From assembly GCA_000934665.2 (NCBI GenBank), contig JYFJ02001996.1, forward strand, positions 1-64,000: a stretch of 64,000 bases of DNA. Direction: 5' to 3'. The notes under the pieces were generated by a model. It saw only the letters and a program-made list of their open reading frames with translations, was not told the DNA's origin and did no database searches. The stretch is from Catajapyx aquilonaris. Lineage: Eukaryota. Of this stretch, positions 1 to 11,961 are shown piece by piece. The position numbers and the translations under genes were made by a program. Position 1 is the first letter of the stretch. The number at the start of each line of letters is the position of its first letter.

Positions 1-228
1 GAAATCAAGGACATTGGGTAAGGGTAGGGATTTTTGGGGAGGGAACGTAGGTGCAGGTGCAATGTCTCAAGTTTGAGCCATGTGCATGTCCCCCAGGCGG
101 TTAGGTTGCCAGACACCTCCAAGGTACGGGTCAGAGACCCTCCCGACGCAGGTGAAAGGGAACTTCCAGGCGGGGGTCGAACCTGGGACCTTTCACACAG
201 CAAGCCATCTCTGCCACCGCACCTCCCC
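1..228 (-). mobile_element. tRNA-derived SINE, family A (cut by window edge)
   Basis: Reverse complement has B box GGTTCGACCCC and a body closely matching 17447-17802 and 56981-57350. Confidence 0.85.
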
Positions 229-585
229 AATATTTTGTATGTTTATGTGTTATGTCATAGAAGTAATTTTCGCGACACCTGAACATTTTTGGTGTGTCCA
301 GAATGCCTTCTGCACAATTTACCGAGCATTGTAAGTGTACTATTTATTTCATTTAGACATGACTGAAGATAGCTAGCAGTACCGAGCAGTACCGTACTTA
401 TTTTTCGGCATATTATTTTTTGGCACCCACCCGCAGGCAGATTGACTTGCCAGCCAACCGGAATGTGCCTTCAAGATGGCGGCAGACACTGGAGGGACAT
501 CCGCCATGTTCCGCCATCAGCGCCGTCTGGCCAGGACACAGGTGTTAACCTACCGTCACCATACATGTAGGTGGGCTGTGTCAGG

Positions 586-1010
586 GGGCTGAGGTGCCCT
601 GCGCAAAGGTTTGGCCTTGACTATATGGTACCATACTCGATATGATTGCATTAAAATTGTGGACATACGGGCGCAGAAGCGTTCCCGACTTTGTCGCGTT
701 TCCTGCCACCATGTTATTCAAATGGGCTTTTGGGGAACGCCATTTTCCTTTCACTTGAACTCGATGAAAAGGTCACTTCTAGGCCGAAAATGGTAAAATC
801 CCGACGAAGGTGCCCTGCGCCAGATCATGTCCTATTTTTTTTGGTGTAATTTCTGTGTCCATTGCACCATTTTTGCGCCCGTACGGCCGCAGAAGCGTGG
901 ACATGTCGAATCCCCAGATGCTGCCCATGCATAAGCCAGTTTGTTAGGTTGTCTCCAAGGGCTTCATTGTTACCGTTTTTTTTGCTAATGCGCCGGTGTA
1001 GATTATGGAA
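586..1010. mobile_element. Fragment of a DNA-transposon derivative related to 31191-31846
   Basis: Shares GTGCCCTGC...TTGGCCTTGAC...CATTAAAATTGTGGACATACGG and downstream blocks with 31285-31630. Confidence 0.6.
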
Positions 1011-2808
1011 CTGCTTGTTGACCGCGATGGAACGTCGTTGCAGTGGGAACGTGTTTTTTTTGGGTGTGTTTGTAATATAATGAAATATTGAAAGTTAAAT
1101 GTTGATTATTACGGAACGGGGATGGTGGGGGGGGGNCAGGAGGGGGGGGCAGTTGGGGCCGGTTGGGCAGTTAGTTGTTGCCCCGGTAACCCAAGACAGG
1201 TGATGTTTACAGCCAATTGCTCATTATTAGAAGAGTGTTCCAAAGTCATTTTCGCCTCCTGCGGCCAAGGATGACCTCGGAGGTCAATTCCAATGTGCTT
1301 ATGACATTCCCGGTAAAAACTACCCCTAATCATTCCCCTCGGGAGTAGGCCTATGTCGAGGCCTCCGTACGGATTTGCATAGCGAACAGACAGACAGATA
1401 TACGTCGAGAAATATGTAGGCTAGGGGACATTGGAATCCCGCCTCTTATGATGAAGGTAAATAAACAGCATCATTGCCCAGTTTCTATGCGCCTATACTA
1501 CTTTTTCTCTCGTCGCTGCTGATTAGGAAATGACTTGTGTGCTTTCTCATCCAGAATCAGCTCGATTTAGACACCTATGGAATCCGTGCTATGGCACTAT
1601 GTGCAGGACCCACTGCACTGCAGCTGACAACAGAAAAAGACAAGATAATTATGGGAACGCACAATGGAAATGAACAGAATCGCCCTGGAAGATCTAAAGT
1701 TCAAGATGGCATCCCGGTAAGTGCACTTGTACTACATGTAAGTTATAATGTATAGTATGTTGTATACGATATAAAATGTTTTAAAGCTTTTCGAACAAAC
1801 TTATCCTGTCGCCATAAAACCATCAGCACTTTTCCACGGTGAAGGTTAGTTTTTACTAATGTTCACCTTGATATAGTGCTCATGGTTGTGTATCGCCAGA
1901 ACACGCTTGTCCGAAATTTTCTTTGGCATAGCACAGTATACCAGAGGGAATGGAAGAAAACGAAAAGACAGAACAAATTGCTCCTGTTCGCCTGAAACAT
2001 CAGTTAGCATTATGTCCAATGGGGAAAAATAATGGTTTATTCGGATTATAAGAAAACCGGTTAGTGGGCCCAGTAACATGACTATTGCATATTTTAAACA
2101 TACGAATGTTCTACAATATGGCGTATAATATTCATCTCTCTCGGGTAGGAGGTGGATCAGATGGATGGAGGCCCGAGAACTGTACCTTCACTTCCAAGCC
2201 TCTCTGGGGTGGTGCGGATGGCCTGCATTTCAGGATAAACCTGATTATGGTTTGGTAATTAGGTAGTAGTACATTGTGCTGGCGACTGAACGAAAACGAG
2301 AATTCTGTCAGGTGATATTTTATTGAACGCGATATACTGTGTCCTAAGATCACTTCGTTCGAGTTCGTATGTAAAGGGTTCTGACGAAGTGGTTTGTTAA
2401 CGCTGAATGGTACAGTACACTGACTGTGAGTGTCTGACTGGCTTTGCCGACCTGGATGCCTTTATCCCTGCAAGCATAAACAAAAGTATGACTTGACCGC
2501 ACATCAAGGATCTCCGCAGCATAGTTGCCGAGACAATTAGCATCAAATTAAAAGTGCATTATACCAGCTGGCTCAGCTGGCTTATATGTTTCGGATACAG
2601 CTTACGACATTTCCATCACCTAGGGCCCTATGCCATTCCCTGCTACACATAATGGTATCGTAAATTTACATTAAATTGCATGGTAACACCTTACTGGAAA
2701 AGTTTAGGTCGCGGGGAGGGACGCATATATACGTACCCGGTTATTTTATACCTGTGTTTGAAGCACATTATCTCTGTAACTATGCTGCGGACACCGATGA
2801 TCCATGTA

Positions 2809-3398
2809 CAGGGTGTTTCAGAGTCACGGGTCAAGCACGCGCGAGGGGGTGGGGAAAAATCGTAGGTGGCGACAACCCCGGTCGGCTTTATAAAACAATT
2901 ATAAATACGGCAGTAATCATCTATTTATTACGGCCGTACGGCGTGACGTCACATCCTTTCTGTATTCGAATTGACCGGCGCGGACTGGCAGATTCAGTGG
3001 TTTGAACCTGGTTGAACGGGTTTTTAGCCTTGCGGGTTGCACTGAAAAAGGCGCTCTCATGCTACACCGGCAGGGTACTGAACACACCACAGTGCAGTAG
3101 TACCTTGGTAGTACACTACTTTGTACAGTACCCTACCGGTGTAGCATGAGAGCGCCTTTTTCAGTGCAACCCGCAAGGCTAAAAACCCGTTCAACCATGT
3201 TCAAACCACTGAATCTGCCAGTCCGCGCCGGTCAATTCGAATAAAGAAAGGATGTGACGTCACGCCGTACTGCCGTAATAAATAAATTGATTACTGCCGT
3301 ATTTCTAATTGTTTTATCAAACCGACTGGGATTGTCGCCACCTGCGATTTTTCCCCACCCCCTCGCGCGCGCTTGACCCGTGACTCTGAAACACCCTG
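2809..3398. mobile_element. Tc1/mariner-type MITE, near-perfect 590-bp palindrome
   Basis: TA|CAGGGTGTTTCAGAGTCACGGG...CCCGTGACTCTGAAACACCCTG|TA; arms pair almost to the centre; second copy at 20642-21172. Confidence 0.9.
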
Positions 3399-3748
3399 TA
3401 CTTAAAATGATCACTTAGAACCCCTCTATAATTTCCCAAAGCGACGGTATGATAAATTTCCGCACCCTGTATCTTGGCTGCTACCTGCGTACGAGAGGAC
3501 CCATTTTAGTGTCGCCGTCCATGTCAAGTGGGCACATTTACCAGATGAGAGAATTATTCTGAATTTTATTCTCGATCAAAGTTGTCCACAAGCGTGTATA
3601 AAATTAGGGAAGAGCCACAAGCATGCCCTTTATGAGTCAATAAATGGAGTTAAAAATAATTTGGGGCTGTCTATTTTGGAAGTTCAAAGTTATTTTTTCG
3701 TCTAGCAATGGTAAGGACAAAATTGAATAAAAGCAATGGAGATGATTA

Positions 3749-4702
3749 GGGAGAGTGGGGCAGGTCGGACCGTGGGGCAGGTTGAACCATGAGCGTTTTC
3801 TTGGTTTCAAATTTGCTGACCAACAGCAATTTCCGGTCATCGGTGGTAAAACACACCACCTTTGCATAAGTGAATGGCCGGTGGAGTGCGCTCGAAGCTG
3901 CCTAAGTAATCGGCGCTTTTGTGTTTTTGGAGCAGTTGAGTAAAATTTTTCATACTTTAATTTTTTGTTCTGAGCCTCAGGATATACATCACAAACTATT
4001 GAGTCATATATCAATCGAAAGCTGCGTTTTAGAGGAGGTAACAGTATGACTAGGCTTGACTGCCTGGATATGGTAAAGACTCCTCCTTGCGGAAGAATGT
4101 GAAATATATGCTGGGGGGCAGGTCGTACCATTATGGGGTGGGGCAGGTTGAACCGGTGGTACAACATGCCACCTCGTGGTGACGAGGTGACGACGACTCA
4201 GAGGAGGAAGGAACATTTTGTTTGGTGTGTCACGAGTTGTACAGCAACAGCATCTCCCGGGAAAAGTGGGTCCAGTGTAATGACTGTAAGATGTGGGCTC
4301 ATGAGTTGTGTACTGAGGGCACACCGTGGTACGTGTGCCACAACTGCGACTCGGATGACTCCAGTAGGCCTGGATATGTAAAGATGTAGCCTCTTATTAA
4401 GAGCAGCCGGAATAAAAAATGGCCTACTCATGTGAATTTAATATTTTTGCACCCTGGTTCAACCAACCCCATGGTCTGGTTCAACCTGCCCCACGAGTGG
4501 GGCAGGTTGAACCAGCTGCATGGGTAATTTAAAATATTATTTACTCCCTAACAATTAACTACAACAATGACAATTTTATTATTGACATGTTCCCAGTGGT
4601 TTAAACCATCATATTCTTCTTGTAATTTGTTGGTGTGTGAAATAGATTTGGGGGGGAAAAAAATGAAGGCAAAAAGTGGTTCAACCAGCCCCACTCTCCC
4701 CC
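3749..4702 (+). mobile_element. Internally deleted pogo/Fot1-like DNA transposon retaining a PHD-type zinc-finger coding fragment
   Basis: TA-flanked TIRs GGGAGAGTGGGG/CCCCACTCTCCC; about 8 copies of subterminal GGGGCAGGTTGAACC; the frame from 4219 reads CLVCHELYSNSISREKWVQCNDCKMWAHELCTEGTPWYVCHNCDSDD. Confidence 0.8.
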
Positions 4703-4972
4703 TACCGACGTTTCCATTTCAGTCTGTATGTTATACAGGTTATACAGTTCCAGAAGTCATGTAGGCCTACTATTTGTCATAAAAAGTTTTTTTTAGCCAG
4801 ACGTACTGTACCCTAGTGCTATACAGCTATCAGCACGCTTTTATGTAGTAGTATTATTTCCTTTGACTTTGCCATGGGCTGATGATTGTACAGTACTGTA
4901 TAGCGCCCGCAGACATTATTTTGGCTAAAACCTTATTTGACGTTTAATACACTCAAATAAATTAGAATAATA

Positions 4973-5481
4973 CAGGGTGTTTAACTAGGTAGTCCCCCCA
5001 AAGAATCGACTATACGGTATTTTTCTTACCACTCTACCTAGAAACGAGACGTTTGGTTTAAAAGTTACCTTAGTTCATGGGAATGTAGCACCATTCGCAG
5101 TAAATGCTGGGATTGACCTGCAAACTACCTCCATACGCTCTCGAACGCGACTCGACGCAACGCTCCTCCTCAGCATATCCTCAAGAATGGTCCGGATTGT
5201 GGCACTTATGTTGCTTTCCAAGTATTCTAATGTCGAGGCTCTGTTGTAAGCAAAACTCTTCAAAAATACCAATTCGCGGCTCTTTTGACAGGTGGAAACA
5301 TGGTACTCGGTTTCTTGTGACAAAATTGTGGTGACTTTTTCGGTCATTCCAGAAGCCTGTGCTTCACTTTTTCGATTTCTTCTTTAAGGAGTGTCGCGTC
5401 GAGTCACATTCCTGTTTCTGGGTAGAGTAGTAAGAAAAATATAGTCGATTCTTTTGGGGGACTACCTAGTGAAACACCCTG
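4973..5481 (-). mobile_element. Tc1/mariner (maT/DD37D-like) deletion derivative
   Basis: TA|CAGGGTGTTT...AAACACCCTG|TA with ~70-bp TIRs; minus-strand LKSFAYNRASTLEYLESNISATIRTILEDMLRR resembles the transposase C-terminus. Confidence 0.75.
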
Positions 5482-6427
5482 TATAACAGGGTGTCTAGTG
5501 AATCTAAGGAAAGAAAATTCTCTGATACTTCTAGGTTTCCCAGTGCTCATTTATCCGAATTTCCCCGATTTGTATGTGGCTTGTACGCGATGCAGTGTGT
5601 ATTAACGATTGTTCGGAAAACACACAAAAAAAAATGCAAGTAGTATGATGACAAATGCATAAATTGTGTTGACAGAAACAGTTGTAATGTGACTCAAAGA
5701 GCCTAAACTTACAAAAAGAGCCCTGGAACCCCAGTAGGGCCGACGAACTACAACTCAAGGTGGAACCGGTGGCAAGGCAGTTCTGAGGTGAAGGGTGGCT
5801 GGCGCTCACACATAGGTCACGAACAAGGACGAGGTCAAAAATGAGGACTCTTCCATTTTGATGCTTACAATAACCCGATTATTTCAGTAAATGTGCATCT
5901 CACATACATGGAAAAGGTGGCTTTCAATATATTCTAAAGAGTAGCCTTCGCGTAATCCGGTGATAACAGACAAAAAATATCAGATTAAAATTACGTGTCA
6001 TGTTGGCAAGTCAAAGGTCGTGACCCTTGACACGAGCCTAATAGACTTGAAATTTCAGAACAATTTTGAAGTAATTCCCTATTCATAACCTTTCAGTGGC
6101 GTGTGTTTCATTGTTGTATTCTTTTTGCGGCGCGGGAGGCTTGAGGCTAGTCACTGGGACGAGATGACCATTTTCACTTCTCCATCCCCAATCTGTTGGG
6201 TGCAAGGTTCACTCCTATCCATTTCTGCACGCTGCACCTGCAGGTATACGTCCTAAAAGAATGTTGCCACTTGCCAGCATGCTGCCGCGGATGTGGGAGG
6301 AACATGTGCCAAGATCAAAGTCCGGACCACATTTGAAAGGCAATTCGGACATATTTTGGAGAAAATTGGGACCACATTTGAGAGAATATTTGGACCACAT
6401 TTTGGACGAAAGGGCCACATTGTGATT

Positions 6428-6953
6428 TTTGAAAGGAGGAGGCACAAAATATATGGGCGAGTGGCCTTCCGTTCGATTTGCCTGAAAATTAGATATGTTG
6501 CAGCCCAGACCCAGACCATCCTGATCAATGTTGGATAGGGACATTTCGAGGTAGGACCTACATGGAGCATGCTAATTGCTATTCATCGAAGAGGCTAGAA
6601 GACTGCTGTGAGAGAAACCTCGCTTCCTTACAACATTGACCCAATGAATGTTGAAGTGCAGCTGCAGGAAACTCCAGATGACAACCTTCAAGGAGTAGAA
6701 TTTGAACCAGATGAATAGGTAATAAAGATTAATAGATAATTTAATGCAATATAACCATTGAGTTCCCGAGACTTATTGTAGTCTACTACTCCCCCTATTA
6801 CCTGCGGAGGTCATTAGCATGCTCCCTGTAGGTCCTACCTCGAAATGTCCCTATCCAACATTGATCAGGATGGTCTGAGCTGCAACATATCCAATTTTCA
6901 GGCAAATCGAACGGAAGGCCACTCGCCCATATATTTTGTGCCTCATCCTTTGA
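6428..6953. repeat. ~150-bp inverted repeat pair (foldback-like element)
   Basis: 6428-6580 is the reverse complement of 6810-6953. Confidence 0.8.
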
Positions 6954-7912
6954 TTAAAAGGCACCTACTGCAATGCACCAATATGTGTGGAAATTGTGTT
7001 GGACTGTAGGCCATGGGTGCAGTAACCGCAACAACGCCACTGATGAGGACATGGATGATGACGACCCCGATGGTGAATTACAAGAATGATGTGGACCATT
7101 CTTGGAAGCAGATGCAGACCTGACTCCACAGCCTTCTCATTTAAACGTTTAAAAAAATTACGTAGCTTCCCTTGTAGTCCAAGATTGAAGAAAGTAAATT
7201 TTCCATGATTAATTTAAGGAATAAACAGTGTTTAGTAAAATGTTCTCTGCTGTAATTTTTCACACTCATCTCTGAATAGAATGATTCATTCTCGTCTAAA
7301 CAGAAACAGACGACAATTGAAATAAATCCTGTGCTTATACAACAATGTGTGCCCATTTGGGTGGAGTTCAAGGAGCTTTACAGGTAATCTGCAGTCACCC
7401 AAACCATCGCCTCTGACTCGAAATGAACGATACAATCAAAACAAGCACAATGAAAAAAGAAATTCGGTCTATAAGACAACCCCTTCCTGCGTGCGTTCCA
7501 GAAAAATTCAAGGTAATGAATAGGTTTTGCAGGTTAACATGATTAAGTTTATATCAAAATTGTTGGAACTTTTTTCTAAATGACAACACACGTCAAAACA
7601 AGTAATTTGGAAAAAGAAATGAGTGTCCAAGTCCATGCGTTCGCTTTCTCTGCGGGTTCAAGGAAAACTGCAGGTATGTTACAGTTGTTTTTGCAGGATT
7701 GCAGGGTAATCCCATGCAGGATCACTTGGGAACTTTCAGATATAGTTCAGGGGGGGGAATTGAACATANCAATCGAACATACACTCCAAGTTTCGTTTAG
7801 TAACTCTAAATGTCCAGGTAATATGCTATTTACACTGGACTATATAAGAATTAAAGTGATTTACCATGCAAACTAATCTAAGCAAGCAATATTTTTGATA
7901 GTACCAGCAATA

Positions 7913-8118
7913 CAGTGTGTTCCAAGTATGTGGTCTGGATCAATTCAGTGATAGGAAATCCCCCAAAGCTATCATTTTTTGTTGCTTATTTCATTCAAAT
8001 CATGGTGTCCAATGGGGATAATTGGACACTTGGATCAAGGCACAATCAGCTACAAAAAGAACTACTCCAGGTAATATTAGTGACAATGAAAAACAACCCT
8101 GATACTTGAACCACCCTG
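7913..8118. mobile_element. Small TA-flanked MITE
   Basis: Imperfect TIRs TA|CAGTGTGTTCCAAGTAT...ATACTTGAACCACCCTG|TA. Confidence 0.5.
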
Positions 8119-8210
8119 TACACAGTATATAATTGTTCAAAAGCAACTGATGATAAACAAGCAATCAGTTCCAAAAATATCTCCAGCTTAAGTGGGAAAA
8201 AAAACTCTTG

Positions 8211-8590
8211 AGGATGGAGGAGGAGGAGATTGTGAAGAAGGTTTATTCGGGTGGAGTTGTTGGTAAAGGGCAGGCCTAGGAAGACATGGTTGGACCAGGT
8301 GGGTCAGTGTCTTAAGGGTGTTGCTAGTGTTAAGCCTGTTCATGTGTCAATAGGACCATGGACGTGGCTGAGGCTAAGGTTGTTCGTTTCGACAGGTGTA
8401 AATGGCGTAGGCTGATTAATGGGGGTGAGTAATGGAGGAGGAGGGAGGTACACAGGGAGGGGGTGGGACCAGTAGTTCATAGTTTTATTTTGACAAGTTT
8501 TGATTTAGTTCATACGGTATGTGGCGTTAACTTGCGTCTCCCTTCATCGCTGACTACTCCTTATAGGGAAATGTGATGATGATGGTGTTG
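8211..8590 (+). mobile_element. 5'-truncated RTE-clade LINE 3' end
   Basis: Frameshifted RMEEEEIVKKVY...GRPRKTWLDQV...DRCKWRRLIN; 3' UTR TTGCGTCTCCCTTCATCGCTGACTAC...ATAGGGAAATG shared with 15998-16045; (GAT/GTT)n tail. Confidence 0.8.
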
Positions 8591-8670
8591 TTAAGTGAAA
8601 AAATTCAGGTAGAATGCATTCTACGAGGGAGTAAGTTTTCCAAGTTAAAACTGTTGAAAAAAAGTAATTA

Positions 8671-8981
8671 CAGTAGAACCCCGATTATCCGTCACCCGTG
8701 GGACTGGGGCATCGTCGGATAATCCGAGGAGTTAAAAAACTTGAATAAAACACTACAAAAACATAAAAACATGAAATAACGTAAAATATTCAGACATTAT
8801 TATGGTTTTCTACGAAATAGTGCAGTATTTTTCTTTTATACACACTGTACTGTATTTACAATTTAACTAAGGCAAGATAAAGAAATGCATAGAACATCAC
8901 AGTATTTGATGAGAAAACATCGATTTATGGACGGTGCGGGACAGTCAGATAAGCCGAGGTCGGATAATCGGGGTTCTACTG
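8671..8981. mobile_element. Tigger/pogo-type MITE
   Basis: TA|CAGTAGAACCCCGATTATCCG...CGGATAATCGGGGTTCTACTG|TA. Confidence 0.85.
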
Positions 8982-10255
8982 TAATAGGATTCGGGTTCAT
9001 TCCATTGCCCTCTTCAAAGTGGCATGAAAATACGCTGTTGATCGTGTCGAATATTGCTTCACATAAATTAAAATGCAAATATATCATCACCTTTCCATGT
9101 ATTTCTCCCACATGTGTGTGATACCACCCGAATATTATTTACATACACTCACTTTTCCTTACATACAGGATTACGCTAGATCACACATTGGCAGATGATG
9201 CTTATGAAGCATTTTTCTGCCAAATAAGCTGTAAACAAGAAACATGATTCTTGCCTGAGTGCAAAATCACTAGTAGGAAAAGAACTTATAAGAAGCCAAG
9301 TAACCAGTCAACATGACTGCAGGTGGGTGTCCCTTTTCATGTAACTGAGTGTCCGTATAAGATAGGTACAAATGACTATACTGGACAGCTACTTCTGACT
9401 ATGGCATATCTTGAAACATAGTAGCCATGAAGTCTCCGAGTAGCCAATTTGAGCACTGATTGAAAACAGCAAACTAAAAGATAATGGAAGAAAGAAAGGT
9501 GGCAACCTCAATACCCATGATTCTGTGGGAGAGAAATGTACCTCACAACAGGAGGATTCCCAACTCAGGGATGAACAGATACATGTCCACAACAGCCCAT
9601 ATTTACAGTACAGTGTAAGCTCCCTGTGATGAAATGCAAAAACGTTTTCATTCATGGCTAAGGTTTATGTTACACAAAAGGGTTTTGATCAGTTTATGTC
9701 ACAATCATGGTATGCATTACTCCTGCTTTGAATTTTAAGTCTAAAAATGTCATTACTTGACATTCAAGCAAACCCTGGTGTCATACTCATCAAGATCAGT
9801 CTCAAAAAAGGTAAGACGACACACTTCAAAAAAGAAATTTATGTACTTAATATGATGTGTTCTGAAATTTCGATGCACTATAAGCCAACAGGTTTCCAAG
9901 ATGGAACATCTCCAATAAGTAATTTAGCTTTGTAAAATTTTTGTGGCAGGCTTTCAAAGGTTTCTTTTAAACTCCAGATAACAATTTGCTGCTTAGCACT
10001 GAATGGCACATTATTTGTTTCTGTATCTTGATGACTGTTGATCAGGTTCTCGACATAATCTTCTACTTCATTGCAAGCACTCGTTCTGCTTCAAATCCAT
10101 AAATTAATTATAAAATCTCGGTCACACAGGTCTTTATTTACAGTACCGTCCTAAAAACTGATTGAACCATCTGTGAAAAGTAACAATTTTCACTTGAGGT
10201 GGGTAAGCCAACCGATTTTGAGTATCTTGAGGTAATAACCCCAACACTAATTGTA

Positions 10256-10681
10256 CAGGGTGAAGGGAAACTCACGTACGTACAATTGCCAGGTAGACTG
10301 ATAGTACTCGCAAAACTAACAGGGATGTGCAATTAGTTTTGGGCTCCGTTGCGTAGTTAATGCGTACGGCACCCTTAAAGTGTAGAGGGCCGGATGGTGG
10401 AATATGAAACAAAACCGACAGAGTGCATGGGTGTCATACCCAGATTCTTCCTCCAACGGGATTTGATCACCTATTGCACGTGGACGATGTGGTAGGGAAC
10501 CAAGGCAAGGGACCGGAGGCCCTCCAGCTGACTTTTGCTTCTTAGAAGCTGGCAGAACGGATATGACGTCACACAACTTTGCCGCCGCCTTACGCATTAA
10601 CTATGCAACAGAGCCCAAAACTAATTGCACATCCCTATATTAGTTTACCTGGCCATTGCATGGGAGTTTCCCTTCACCCTG
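10256..10681. mobile_element. Tc1/mariner-type MITE
   Basis: TA|CAGGGTGAAGGGAAACTC...GAGTTTCCCTTCACCCTG|TA; an insertion-expanded copy is at 44437-45959. Confidence 0.85.
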
Positions 10682-11961
10682 TACAGCTACTGATGGCAAT
10701 TATTACCCCTGTCATTATTGGGGAGTAATTTTACAAAAGAGTTTCACTACCGAAACTTTTATCACAGGAAGCATACACTGTAGGTTATGTAAACACTGGG
10801 GCTACAGTTGTCAAGTGCTGTACTGTAGCAGGGGACTGGACCTTTGCACCAAGAACTAAGACAAATTAAATTGAAATACAAGTTGAAATTGTTACCCAAA
10901 TAATAAAAAGTAAAGAAATGAGAATACACACAGCACAAGATCTTCAACTTCACTGAATCCTTCTAAAAGTTAAAGCTGGTTTTCTGAATAATGGAGGATG
11001 GCAGTTAAGATGCAATTACCCATCATCAGCCCTTGTAATACTCAAATGACTGCTTGGTACAAACCAAACATCTATTATTTTTCTCAATAATGATTCCATT
11101 ACTATTCAATTTAATTCAAGAAAACAGATCACATCTTAAGTAACCCGTAAGTTGCACTTAACCGAAACACCTGGTAATGTCAGACTTGACATTATACTAC
11201 TTGCTGCATCCGTGTAATAGTACATTATCCATTTTTCTATAATCCAAATGTATGAAAGTGTGCCATTTGTTTCAAAACATGTGCAAAACATACTGGACTA
11301 AACCTCATGCTTTACATAAGAAAATGGAGAAGTATTAATGCGCAGAAATCATGAATTCGACACCCACTTTTATAAACTTCACACTCTTGAGTGAGCCATG
11401 TCAACCCCAGTTTAGCATCCTGAGGTTTTTGTCTTCTCAGTCTTATTCAAAGAGAAGAGTCCAGAGAAAAAAATACTGTTATCTCAAAAATGGCTTCAAC
11501 TCATTTTTCAAAAACAAAGGATGGTTAAATAGGTGACCTAATGAGACATGACAATGGAATGACCTGCCCTGTCTGTCATGGTCACTTCAAGGATGAGACT
11601 ATCACATTTGTCTGCATTTAACCTGATTCGAAACCAAAGTAGAGTTCAATCTTTGCATGGTCCACGCACTCTGAATATGCACAAAAACAATCTTCTGCTG
11701 ATCCGTTACTTGCGGTCACACCCATGATTTTCATCCAACTATACGGAGTTCCACAGCAATGACACATTCTGTGTGCATTACTAGATTAAGATAAGCTGGT
11801 AAAATTTTTTGTTCATGATTTCAACTCACTCTCCAGGTGCATTAAAGACTTGCAAACACCACACAATGTGCTATTCTGCCACATGACACCAGCCTCAAAC
11901 AGTCCTATGCACTGTCACACATCAGATTGCACAAGGAAGTCCGCAGTAACGGGATGAGATG

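Noticed and set aside
9880..10090. About 69 open codons on the minus strand (TSACNEVEDYVENLIN...KPVGL*)
   Set aside because: Weak acceptor, no start codon, no compatible upstream exon or recognisable homology.
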